Assembly (NCBI GenBank): GCA_965261085.1
Contig: OZ253442.1
Coordinates: forward strand, 3,776,001 to 3,840,000
Origin: a bacterium
GTDB taxonomy: Bacteria > UBA8248
Direction: 5' to 3'
Length of the DNA stretch: 64,000 nt
Shown: one piece after another, positions 19,601 through 28,066 of the stretch
How the letters are laid out: every line of letters begins with the position of its first letter
Numbering within the stretch: the first letter of the stretch is position 1
Notes under the pieces: model-generated
What the model was told of the DNA's origin: nothing
Seen by the model: only the letters and a program-made list of their open reading frames with translations
Database searches by the model: none
Made by a program: the position numbers and the translations under genes

Positions 19601-20385
19601 GTGCCCAGATGCTGGGCAACGATGCCGTGGGAGACGGTATCCTCGAGAACGGGATCGAGAGCGGTGCTCTCCGTCTTGATGGTGGCGGCCTGAACGTCAA
19701 TTTTGATGTTGCCGTTGCTTTCATGTAAGGCATAGACACCATCGGAAGTCACGCCCTTCGTCGTGATGGATCCGCCGGTGAAGTCGATGTCGACGGCGCC
19801 CGTGCCCTGATGCCAGCCCAAGACGCCGCGGGACTTGACGCCCTCCGTCGTGATGTTCGTCAGCTTGGTGGAGATGTTGATGTCCTCGGTGCCTTTATGC
19901 CGGCCCAAGACGCCGTGGGAACTGTCGCCCTCCGTCGTGATGGTGCTGGTCAAGATGTCCAGGTCCGGCCCGATGCGGTAGCTCAGGTCGATGTCGATGT
20001 ACCCGGAGCCTTCATGAAGGCCATGGACGCCGTGGGCGTTTTCGTCTGTCGTATCGATGTCGACGCCTTGGGCGTAAATGTCGATTTCAACGGTGGAATC
20101 GGCGTCCTGCGTACACTCGATGCTCTCTCCGGTTCCGGGCGTGTTGCTGCACACGGCCGCAGCAGACGCCTCGCCCGCTCCGAGAACGAGCGCGGCTAGC
20201 AGCACCAGGGCGGCGAGACCCGGCAGGGCGAGGCGTCTCCGGCCGCGCGCCATCCGGCCGGGCGGAGAGGAGCGGCCCGAATTGCGATTCAACCTCGAGG
20301 CCGGAGGCCGTGCGGCCTCTCGCTCCTGACGCCCCGACCCGCTGTTCAGCCACCGTTCTATAAAGACGAAATAGATTCCGAACAT
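16687..20385 (-). CDS. Autotransporter adhesin: beta-helical passenger, Pro/Cys-rich linker, C-terminal beta-barrel
   Basis: Extended signal peptide (...LVLGAGEASA), repeated ITTxGxxSHGI..H.G.G.IDI coils, barrel ending VSFGMRF. RBS GAAAGG before the ATG at 20385. Confidence 0.88.
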   Translation of the reverse strand: MFGIYFVFIERWLNSGSGRQEREAARPPASRLNRNSGRSSPPGRMARGRRRLALPGLAALVLLAALVLGAGEASAAAVCSNTPGTGESIECTQDADSTVEIDIYAQGVDIDTTDENAHGVHGLHEGSGYIDIDLSYRIGPDLDILTSTITTEGDSSHGVLGRHKGTEDINISTKLTNITTEGVKSRGVLGWHQGTGAVDIDFTGGSITTKGVTSDGVYALHESNGNIKIDVQAATIKTESTALDPVLEDTVSHGIVAQHLGTGAVDIDVTGGSVTTSGASSHGIYVLHQGTVTGTVDIDVTGGYITTSGASSYGVYADNASDGDGDIGVAGGSIITTNGSDSHGIRSYIRSGSTGNTSIIVRGGRITTKGIESHAVSGVYEGGAKGVLTIDLENVTILSDSTDLRNEVTFSQGVGAYHLGAGAIDIDVAGGSITTKGLLSIGIHAHHEGAGDVTIDTTDVTITTESTALHDSYRDTFSNGIYANHTSTGDIDIAVTGGSVTTKGVNSHGILAWHRSTTDLERTITVTVDDGSVTAEGAGANAIQVGQVGRLGAERAAALDEDDYRMQTVTVNGPVMGGSGEAAGVYLAGGGRVVIGPKGSVGAASGIAILATGDTPVEDGDPLMPKLHVDMKLDGRLVADVLGDDWIINDGGETTIEVNEVVLHKGATGVVEDAVAPNGAWNVTMRAEGVKVTNRTDPDPANWTVSEPAEGVVTDRDFSTEDFNETARPTCPEGLTGTPPNCATPPPPMCPPGQVGTPPDCTTPPPPMCPPGQVGTPPNCATPPPPMCPPGQVGTPPDCTTPPPPMCPPGQVGTPPNCATPPPPTTPTPTPTPTPPPPPPPPTTCPEGQVGTPPDCMTPPKRVHDGSGKAVSVFIKGGGRVVKNVFDGLGDAAADFLEGGDQVAGEPAADVIAGRNFSAEDSIEILGSPIFHEVYAPRSAVYEALPGFLLRLGGGGPDGERLTSPGSPVWARLSGSTGSHAPDRATVGAEYDFERFTAQAGLDVGMGEHFTGSISVRHVTGSADVSAPTGGGDIEAEGIGVSLDGFWKGPGGYYANGSLSLTDYDVEVKSGDDEIGVLKRDAAARGTLLNIEAGRRIKMNGKMKLTPRAWATRSEVSIDKFTDSMGARFSLDDARRLTGGVGVVAETERAWDGGTFSLRGSVDVEQKLGDAETLVDVSGEKLESKSSKTRLLLGLGGVYRKGRFSVSGEVSVGGIGSDDTRYSGRVSFGMRF
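17815..18200 (-). repeat. Coding 57-bp tandem repeat (xTPPPPMCPPGQVGTPP[ND]C)
   Basis: Four near-identical 19-aa units plus two flanking CPEGxxGTPPxC variants and a poly-TP/P tract. Confidence 0.92.
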
Positions 20386-20673
20386 GTCACCTTTCCTTTC
20401 CTCGTGCGAGACCCGAGCCGGAAGCAAACTTGGCGTTCAGGTCGCTGACAAGTCTCATTTACCGGGTATGAATGGCCCCCGCGGTGCTACGGTCGGCCGT
20501 ATAATCGTCAGTCATGTCGAAGTTTCCCGTTCAATTGCCGTTCCGTTGCCGCCGGGCCGCCCCGGCAGGGCGCCCGCAGCGCAGACGCACGAAAGCCGCC
20601 GGCGGACCGGCGGCCATGAAGGTCTTAGAGAAAGGATTGCCGCCCCGAGAGGGCGGACCGGTCCGGTCGGTCC

Positions 20674-21118
20674 GACCGGACGCCCGATCTAATCTTGAGG
20701 CTTGAGGCTTGAGGCTTGAGGCTTGAGGCTTGAGGCTTGAGGCTTGAGGCTTGAGGCTTGAGGCTTGAGGCTTGAGGCTTGAGGCTTGAGGCTTGAGGCT
20801 TGAGGCTTGAGGCCCTCAGTATATGATGACCCGACGCCTCACGCAAATTCAGGCCTCGCGCCGACTTCCCTTGATATTCCATGCGTTCCCTTTTCTTTCT
20901 TGCGTTCGTTTCACGAGGCGCGGCATGGAACCCGCAATGGGCCCGGGCGATGCGTCGAACGATACGGAGCCGGCCCCTGTGAAGGAACCGGGCGCCTCCT
21001 AGCCAAAGTCTGGTCACTTTCTAGGATAAACGATTCGGACACACCTTGTGAAACTCTAAATTCGAGGCCTGAGCAATAATCAAATTTGTGCAAATGCGGG
21101 GCCCTTGCGGGGGGCGAT
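20674..21118 (-). promoter_or_regulatory. Conserved upstream module, copy 1, with sigma70 promoter
   Basis: Minus strand TTGCGT (20846-20841)-N17-TATACT (20823-20818); G6 tract at 21109-21114; homologous to three other copies. Confidence 0.75.
20694..20812. repeat. Heptamer microsatellite (CTTGAGG)17
   Basis: 119 bp of perfect 7-bp repeats. Confidence 0.97.
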
Positions 21119-21150
21119 TCACGGGTCTTACAGCCGGAAACGAAACCCTC

Positions 21151-21471
21151 CGGCCGCAGGCGAGGGGAGGAGACATGAGATGTCGAAACCCCCAAGCCGC
21201 AGGAACGCGGCGCTCCGGGAGGCGATGGCGAAAGGCGAAACAGGACGGAGGCGCGGTTGCGTAGTGCGGGTGGAAGGGGAGACGGGATGGTTCCGGCGAC
21301 TCGGACCCGCCGGGATGCGCGGGAGTTTGAATTCGCCCGCTTTCGTTTTGATTACATATTGCGGAAGGCGGATTCCGGATGAAGTTAGTAAAAATAGATA
21401 TTTACAATTATATCAATAAGATAATGGAATTTCTTCGCCGATAAAAACACTCATCCGCATCTAAGCGGGCG
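21151..21471 (+). repeat. ~320-bp direct repeat, copy 1, ending in att-like site B (21337-21471)
   Basis: Near-identical to 34911-35231; identity stops right after CTAAGCGGGCG. Confidence 0.9.
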
Positions 21472-21564
21472 GAAAGGCATTTATGTGCGTTCCGTAAGGA
21501 GGAACACTTCCTGCCGCTCGCGCCACCTTGTCGCCGACGGGATGCGGACACGAACTACGGAGCA

Positions 21565-22023
21565 TCATCCGGGACGCCGGCATCCCGTCCGCACCACCCG
21601 CCGCACCACCCACAACACCTTGTTGCGAATATGGACGTCTTCTGCGCGGCAGGGGGCGTGGCCGTTGTCGGCGGGGATGAGCCGGAGCCTTGGGCGTTCC
21701 TCCTCCGCGCCATCGCCGCGCACCGCCTCGACTCGTCTGGTCACAAGCCTCTCCCCGAGCCTGAGCAGGAACGCGCCTCCCGCCTCCGGGAGGCGGCTCG
21801 CGAGGTCGACCACGACCCAGTCGCCCTCGCGTATCTCAGGCTCCATCGAGTCGTCCTCCACATCGAGGATGCGCAGGTGTGTGGTCTCTTCACCTTCGTC
21901 GGTGCAATACGTCACCCGGAAAGGCTGGCAGAACTCTTCATCTCCCGTGGCGGGACCCGACCCGACGGGCTCTCCGGCCGGGGCCTCCCCGCCCGCACCG
22001 CCGTTGATGATGCAGTCCGTCAT
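21565..22023 (-). CDS. Stand-alone S24 (LexA/CI C-terminal) peptidase-like protein, no HTH
   Basis: VEDDSMEPEIREGDWVVVD...RLIPADN; Arg at the usual catalytic Lys position (LVTRRV). Confidence 0.75.
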   Translation of the reverse strand: MTDCIINGGAGGEAPAGEPVGSGPATGDEEFCQPFRVTYCTDEGEETTHLRILDVEDDSMEPEIREGDWVVVDLASRLPEAGGAFLLRLGERLVTRRVEAVRGDGAEEERPRLRLIPADNGHAPCRAEDVHIRNKVLWVVRRVVRTGCRRPG

Positions 22024-22174
22024 GGGAGTCTTTCTTCCGGGTCATCCAGGCAATCGGGGACTCCGCCACGACATCCGCCGTCACACGGTCCCCGGCGATC
22101 CGTTCATGGCCTTGCGGCTTCGCGGGAGGGGCCGCTTCCCTCTATCCGGGAAGAGGGCGTCAGGCGCCTGTTCC

Positions 22175-22603
22175 TCACGGCCGCTTGACCTCCCACTCCA
22201 CCTCGCCGAGGACCTCGACGTCTTCTGCGAAGCAGGGGGCGCAGGCGGGGTTGGCGGGGATGAGCCTCAGGCGTTCGTCCTCCGCTCCATCGCCGGGCAT
22301 CGCCTCGGCTTGTCTGGCCACCAGACTCTCCCCGAGCCTGATCAGGAACTTTCCTCCCGCCTCCGGGCGCCGGCTCGCGAGGTCGACCACGACCCAATCG
22401 CCCTCGCGCAACTCAGGCTCCATCGAGTCGTCGCACACCCGCACGATGCGCAGGTGCGTGGTCTTCACGCCTTCTTCGGTGCGATGCTCCACCCAGAAAG
22501 GCTCGCCGATCTCGTTGTCGTCATCTCCCGTGTCGGGGATCAGCTCGACGGGTTCAATGAGCATGTCGTTCCCGTTACGGCCCTGTCTGGTGTCTTCCGT
22601 CAT
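22175..22603 (-). CDS. Stand-alone S24 peptidase-like paralogue, no HTH
   Basis: VCDDSMEPELREGDWVVVD...RLIPANP; LVARQA at the usual Lys position. RBS GAAAGGA. Confidence 0.75.
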   Translation of the reverse strand: MTEDTRQGRNGNDMLIEPVELIPDTGDDDNEIGEPFWVEHRTEEGVKTTHLRIVRVCDDSMEPELREGDWVVVDLASRRPEAGGKFLIRLGESLVARQAEAMPGDGAEDERLRLIPANPACAPCFAEDVEVLGEVEWEVKRP

Positions 22604-22707
22604 GGTGATATTCCTTTCCGGTAATCCGGGGAACCCGGTCCCCGATGTTCCGCGGGCCCTCGCCCGCATCCTTTCGCTTCACGTTCACGATTCCCGGTTG
22701 GATTCGA

Positions 22708-25700
22708 TCACCACCTCTTCGAACCCCTCAGGACGAGCCCGGCTTCGGGCTCACCGTCCCCGGCGGGTTCGGCGAGCGTGGCCTCGAGGTTCAGGGCGAA
22801 GGCGGGGCCGAGTTTCCAGCGCGCTCCCGCGCGCCAGGTCTCCCCGCCACCGGTGAGCGCCACGCCCGTATAGGGCGTCAGGAGACCGCGCCAGGCGTCC
22901 AGCCCGTAGCCCACCTCCGCGTTCAGGCCCGCGTCGGGGTCGAACTCCCCGCCCGCCACCGCGCGCTGCGCCCAGAGACGGCCCACTCCGCTCGATGACG
23001 CGCCCCAGGCGGAGCCGACCCGCACGGAGAGCCCACGGCCCTCCTCCCCGGGGGAGAGGGCGAGCGAGGCGCTCACGCCCCATTCCTCGTAATCGCGCTC
23101 CTCGTGCGCGATGAGGCCCCTTGCGCGCACCTCCATCGTGAGACCCCCGGAATTCGTCCAGCGGAGGCCGCCGCCCAGTTCTACGCCGCTTCCCGTCTCC
23201 GCGTCGCCTCCGTCGTGGCGAAGCCCTATTTCGAGGGAGGGCGTCAGCACGCCGCTTTCAAACTTCACCTCGCGCGAACCCTCCAGCGCCAGGCGCAGGC
23301 GCCGCGTCTGCGCATCCGCCGCGGCGAGTCCCGTCACCGCTTCCGACTCGGTCCGCACGAAGAGGACGTCGGTCTTGACCGCAAGGTCGTAGCCCGCGAC
23401 GGATGCGAGCTTGCCCCGGGCCCCGAACGCCGCCATCCCCATGGAGATGTCGGTCTCCATGCGCTCCACTATCCCCCCCGTGTTCTCCACCTCGAGCGTC
23501 AACCCGCCCTCGCCCAGGCCCAGGACGCCCCAGACCGAGAGGCGCTCGCTCAACGTGTAGCGCAGATAGGGGTAGGCGCTCGCGAGCGTCGATTCCAGCT
23601 CGCCCCGCGCGTCGGCCTCCGTGTAGGAACCCTCCCCCGTGCTGTAGGCGAGCGCCACGCCCGCCAGGACCCTGCCCCGCTCGTAATCAGCGCCCATCAC
23701 GCCCGTCGAGACGTCCCCCTCGAGCGTGAGCGCGTCCTCTTTGCCGCTGAAACTCGCGCGCGACCCCCGGGCCCACAGCGACCAGCGCCCGGACTCATCC
23801 TCGCCACCTGCCGAGGCCATATGAAACGAACTCGCCATCAGCAGCCCGGCCGTCGATATCTCGCCCGCTGTCGAATCGTCCGCCTCCGCCCGGAGAAGGT
23901 CCTTCGTCTCTCTCAAGTCCGGCCCGAGGACGCCTGCCTCCCCGAGGAGGGTCCCATCCGCTCCGGGCCACGAAGCGCCCAGCACCACCTGGTGGCCGCC
24001 GAGCGTCAACCGCGCCGGACCCGGAGAATTTGAATTCCCCTCGATCCGCGCGCCCACCGCGTCCAGCACCTGTTCCGCGACCGTGCGCCCGAAGCGCGCC
24101 AGCCACGCCTTGGGCATGTGGTCGGTGTTCTTGATCGTCCCCGTCGCCGTACCGTCCTCGATATACGCCCCCGTGGCGTTCGAGAGCGTGAGCGTCAGCG
24201 TCTCGCTCCCCTCGTCGTGCGCGTCGTCGAGCACAGCGACCGATACCGTCTTCGCCCTCTCGCCGGCCGCGAAGGTCAGCGCGCCGCTCACCGCCGTGTA
24301 GTCGGCGCCCGCCTTCGCCGTCCCGTCGGCGGTCGCGTAGTCCACCGTCACCCGCGACGACGGCGCCCGGTCGAGCCTCACCACGAAGGCAAGCGCCGCG
24401 TCCGGCCCCTCCTCCACCTCCGCATCCGCCACCGAGAGACCCGGCGGACCCAGGACCCTCGTCGATATCGCCGCCGACAGCGCCCGCCCGTCGCCGGTGC
24501 ACACCGCCCCCGGCGTACCGCAGGCGCGCCCACCCTCGAGCGTCACCGTCACGTCGCCAATCGAATCCGGCTTGACCGTCGCCTCCCACAGGTCCTTGCG
24601 CCGGTCCACCCGCTTCGCCTTCGTCACGCTCCCGCCGGACACCGATAAGGAGGCGTCGCGGAACGTCCGGAAGCCGATCGAGATGCCCTCGCTGAACGCG
24701 ATCCTGAGCTTGAACGCCGTCTTCCCGTCATGCTCCGCCGGCGCCTGCACGAAGCTCGCCGTCAGCGCCACGACCACTGGTTCGACCGCGGGGCCGGCCA
24801 CCGTGGCCGTCGCCGTGTTGGTCAACCGCCTGCGGTCCCCGCCCCGGGTGCAGATCGCCCCGGAGACCCCGCACTCGCGCCCGCCCGCCAGCGTGACCGT
24901 CACATCGCCCTCGCCGTCGGGCTCGACCGTGATCCGCCACAGGTCGTGGCGCCGGTCCACCCGGCGCGCCCCGGTCACCTCGCCCCCGTCCACCGTGAAC
25001 GAGGCGTCGCGCATCGACCGGAAGCCGATCCCGATCTCCTCGCTGAACGCCACCCGGAAGTGGAACGCGTCCTCCCCGTCGTGCGCCTCCGGCAGGCCCT
25101 CGAACGCCGCCGTCAGCGGCGCAGGGCCCGGACCCTCTACCGTCGTCGCGATCCCCTCCGACAGCGAACGCCCGTCCTCCGTGCAGATCGCCCCCGGCTC
25201 GTCGCACGGACGCCCCCCGTCGATCCGCATCGTCAGGTCGTCGTCCGAGCCCGGCTCGATCTCGAACTCCCACACGCGCTCGCCGTCTTCCTGTCCGCCA
25301 CCCGAACGGCCCGCCGAACGACCCGCCGCGCCTCCGCCCGGCCGGTTGTCCACCTGGCGCACCGACGTCACCCGGCCGCCCTCGACCTTCACCCCGTGCT
25401 CGCCGACGTTCTCCGGGCTCTCCTCGATCGCCTCGCTGAACGCCACCCGAACCTTGACCCGGCCCGAGCCGTCATGGTGCTCCGGCGGCGACACGAACCG
25501 CGCCTTCAGCGACCGCGCACCGCCCTCGCCGGCCGGGCACGCGTTCGTGACCGTCCCTTCGCTGTCCGCGACCGACAGGCAGGCCCTGACCGGGCTGCCG
25601 AGCTGGAAGCTCCTCGATGTCGTCGTGACGAACCCGGTCAAGGGGAGGCCGGCGTTGGTGTGACTAGCCCTGCACCCGAACCCCATCCGGAGCCGCACGG

Positions 25701-27378
25701 GGCCAGCGTCCGCCGGGATCTCGACCGAATCGAACTCCCAGTACCCCGTGGTGAACGTTTCCCACGTGAAGTCCTCCAGAAACAACGTCTCTCCGTGGCA
25801 GCCGGACCTGACATCGTCGTTGAAGTACTCGATCGCGATGGGGCCGCGAACTCCGAGAGCGCCCCATCCCGTGAAGTCGCGCCCGCTGCTCCGGTGGTGG
25901 TTGAGAAGGTTCGTCACCTTGACCCGGTAGCGGAATGTCTCGCCCCCGGTGATGCTTTCGATGTCGGCGCCACTTGCGTCAACGACCGCCAGGCTCACGA
26001 TCGGGTTTGTCGGCTGCTTCGCCCCGGTGCGCGCCGTCGCCACCTCCGACCAGGCGCCCCGGCCGATGGCGTTCCTCGCCCGCACCCGCAGCTCGTACTC
26101 GGTGGACGCGTCCAGGAAGGGATAGAGCAGAAGGCGCGTCCCCGCGGACTCGGTCCGCGCGGTCCGGGACCGTCTGTTTTCGTTTTCTGGATCGGCGGCC
26201 TTCCAGTACTTCACCTCGTAGTCGGTGATCGACCCAGCCGGAGCCGAGGCCGGCGCCGACCACTCCACCTCCAGCAGCCCCCCCGTGCGCGGGGGCGCGG
26301 TCGCCGTCACCGCGGTCGGGGCCGCGGGAGACGCCCGCAGCCGCGGCGTCACGGAGGCCGTCGAGGACCAGTCCAGGCCGGTGTCGCGCCAGTGGTAGGT
26401 ATGGGTGCCGCTCTCAAACTGTGCGTCGCTGAACGCGAACTTGTCGCTGCCGATATGCAAGACCAGCCTTGCCCTGTCGGCGGCGGTTAACGCACGGTTC
26501 AGGCTGAAATACAGGATACGATCGTCCCCGGCGGTCGCCACCCCGACTCCAACCATCGCCTCATCGATCCAGTAGCGGTTCGCGCCGAAGCTGATTCTGC
26601 GGTCGATCAGGCCACCCACCCCGGCACCGCGCCATGTCTTGTGGAATCCATACCCGATGGTCTTTCCGCTGGCTTCGGCCACCTCCCCCACCTGCACCGC
26701 CCCGCACCAGACGTCGCCCGGGTTCAGCGTGCAGGTCGTGGGCGGGAGCTCGCGCGTGATTCTGATGTTGTAGAGCGTATCGGCCATAAATACCGGGGAA
26801 CTCGCGGTACTCCTCCACTGAAGTGAGTTAGACCCCAACGCATCATCCGGGTCGATCATGACTTGGCTGGCGTCGACCATTGGGAAGGAAGTCGACCCGA
26901 TATGCAGCGTCAATGACTCCCGGAACTGACGGTTTGCGAGATTGCCTTGCTTGCCCGGCGAAAACCAAAGCTCAAGTATGGAGTCGGGACCGAGTATAGT
27001 GCCATGGATGTACTCAACGGCTTCTATTACATATTCATCGGAATCATGGGTGAATGTGCCGCTTTTACCGATGCCTCCGTAAGCGGTGGAGTGGCTGCCC
27101 TTGGGGTCGCCGTCGGCGTAGCTGATTGTCGTATAAGTCGCTTGCGTATCGACGAACCCCATATGCATCGTGGTCCTGAAGAGGATTTCGGACTCCTGCG
27201 CCTGGGCCGTGGCCGGCAGGGCGAGGGCGCAGGAGAGCGCGAGCAGCGCAGCGACGGCGAGCGCGCGTGCGGAGCGGAGGAGCCCGCCCGCCATGCGGCG
27301 CCGGAGTCCGGAAGGGGAGCCGTGATGCGCTCTTGAACCGTCGTTCCCTGGAGACGAAGCTTTCACGGATGCCGTCAT
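22708..27378 (-). CDS. Large autotransporter-type adhesin: FN3, three repeated Ig-like domains, Calx-beta, beta-barrel
   Basis: Signal peptide ...ALALPATAQA; FN3 (ITDYEVKYW, YELRVRARNAIGRGAWS); 3x HDG...RVAFSE...GA[IV]CT; Calx-beta (VTVDYATADGTAKAGADY); barrel ending in W. Confidence 0.85.
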   Translation of the reverse strand: MTASVKASSPGNDGSRAHHGSPSGLRRRMAGGLLRSARALAVAALLALSCALALPATAQAQESEILFRTTMHMGFVDTQATYTTISYADGDPKGSHSTAYGGIGKSGTFTHDSDEYVIEAVEYIHGTILGPDSILELWFSPGKQGNLANRQFRESLTLHIGSTSFPMVDASQVMIDPDDALGSNSLQWRSTASSPVFMADTLYNIRITRELPPTTCTLNPGDVWCGAVQVGEVAEASGKTIGYGFHKTWRGAGVGGLIDRRISFGANRYWIDEAMVGVGVATAGDDRILYFSLNRALTAADRARLVLHIGSDKFAFSDAQFESGTHTYHWRDTGLDWSSTASVTPRLRASPAAPTAVTATAPPRTGGLLEVEWSAPASAPAGSITDYEVKYWKAADPENENRRSRTARTESAGTRLLLYPFLDASTEYELRVRARNAIGRGAWSEVATARTGAKQPTNPIVSLAVVDASGADIESITGGETFRYRVKVTNLLNHHRSSGRDFTGWGALGVRGPIAIEYFNDDVRSGCHGETLFLEDFTWETFTTGYWEFDSVEIPADAGPVRLRMGFGCRASHTNAGLPLTGFVTTTSRSFQLGSPVRACLSVADSEGTVTNACPAGEGGARSLKARFVSPPEHHDGSGRVKVRVAFSEAIEESPENVGEHGVKVEGGRVTSVRQVDNRPGGGAAGRSAGRSGGGQEDGERVWEFEIEPGSDDDLTMRIDGGRPCDEPGAICTEDGRSLSEGIATTVEGPGPAPLTAAFEGLPEAHDGEDAFHFRVAFSEEIGIGFRSMRDASFTVDGGEVTGARRVDRRHDLWRITVEPDGEGDVTVTLAGGRECGVSGAICTRGGDRRRLTNTATATVAGPAVEPVVVALTASFVQAPAEHDGKTAFKLRIAFSEGISIGFRTFRDASLSVSGGSVTKAKRVDRRKDLWEATVKPDSIGDVTVTLEGGRACGTPGAVCTGDGRALSAAISTRVLGPPGLSVADAEVEEGPDAALAFVVRLDRAPSSRVTVDYATADGTAKAGADYTAVSGALTFAAGERAKTVSVAVLDDAHDEGSETLTLTLSNATGAYIEDGTATGTIKNTDHMPKAWLARFGRTVAEQVLDAVGARIEGNSNSPGPARLTLGGHQVVLGASWPGADGTLLGEAGVLGPDLRETKDLLRAEADDSTAGEISTAGLLMASSFHMASAGGEDESGRWSLWARGSRASFSGKEDALTLEGDVSTGVMGADYERGRVLAGVALAYSTGEGSYTEADARGELESTLASAYPYLRYTLSERLSVWGVLGLGEGGLTLEVENTGGIVERMETDISMGMAAFGARGKLASVAGYDLAVKTDVLFVRTESEAVTGLAAADAQTRRLRLALEGSREVKFESGVLTPSLEIGLRHDGGDAETGSGVELGGGLRWTNSGGLTMEVRARGLIAHEERDYEEWGVSASLALSPGEEGRGLSVRVGSAWGASSSGVGRLWAQRAVAGGEFDPDAGLNAEVGYGLDAWRGLLTPYTGVALTGGGETWRAGARWKLGPAFALNLEATLAEPAGDGEPEAGLVLRGSKRW

Positions 27379-27568
27379 TGTCTCACCTTTCCTTTCATGT
27401 GGTGCGCCGCCGTCCCGCACCGGTCCGGACGCAAGACCGGCGTCCGGGTCGTCCATGACTCATGCTTGTCGGTGGGGGATTCGCTGGTATTCGTCGCCAG
27501 GCGGGAATGCTCGCTTTCGGGCGCATCTGCGCCCGAAAAGGCGCACCCCCCCGGGGGGGTGAAGGCGC

Positions 27569-27990
27569 CGACCGGACGCCCGATCTATTCTTGAGGCTTG
27601 AGGCTTGAGGCTTGAGGCTTGAGGCTTGAGGCTTGAGGCTTGAGGCTTGAGGCTTGAGGCTTGAGGCTTGAGGCTTGAGGCCCTCAGTATATGATGACCC
27701 GACGCCTCACGCAAATTCAGGCCTCGCGCCGACTTCCCTTGATATCCCATTCGTTCTTGTTTCTTTCTTGCGTTCGTTTCATGAGACGCCCCATGGAACC
27801 CTCACGGGCCCGGGCGATGCGTCGAACGATACGGAGCCGACCCCTGTGAAGGAACCGGGCGCCTCCTAGCCAAAATATGATCACTTTCTAGGATAAGCGA
27901 TTCGGACACACCTTGTGAAACTCTAAATTCGAGGCCTGAGCAATAATTAAATTTGTGCAAATGCGGGCCCTTGCGGGGGGGGGATTGCCC
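27569..27990 (-). promoter_or_regulatory. Conserved upstream module, copy 2, with sigma70 promoter
   Basis: TTGCGT (27714-27709)-N17-TATACT (27691-27686); G9 tract at 27975-27983; closest to copy 1. Confidence 0.75.
27590..27680. repeat. Heptamer microsatellite (CTTGAGG)13
   Basis: 91 bp of perfect 7-bp repeats. Confidence 0.97.
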
Positions 27991-28066
27991 TCATCGCCCC
28001 GTCGCCGCTGCGGGGTCGGCATCGCGCAGAAACGCATCCCGTGCGGGCCGGACTCCGATGACAAGG

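Noticed and set aside
20694-20812. (CTTGAGG)n arrays as CRISPR or as coding SSLKPQA repeats (ORFs 20625-21017, 27460-27750)
   Set aside because: There are no spacers or cas genes. The ORFs arise because the minus-strand heptamer has no stop codon, and they overlap a clear promoter.
20908-21054. Canonical integron attC site
   Set aside because: The ends read GTT...AAC rather than RYYYAAC...GTTRRRY, and the integrases have arm-binding domains and no visible IntI-specific insertion.
27544-27561. Perfect palindrome CACCCCCCCGGGGGGGTG in the autotransporter leader
   Set aside because: It occurs once and is absent from the other modules; there is too little support for a function.
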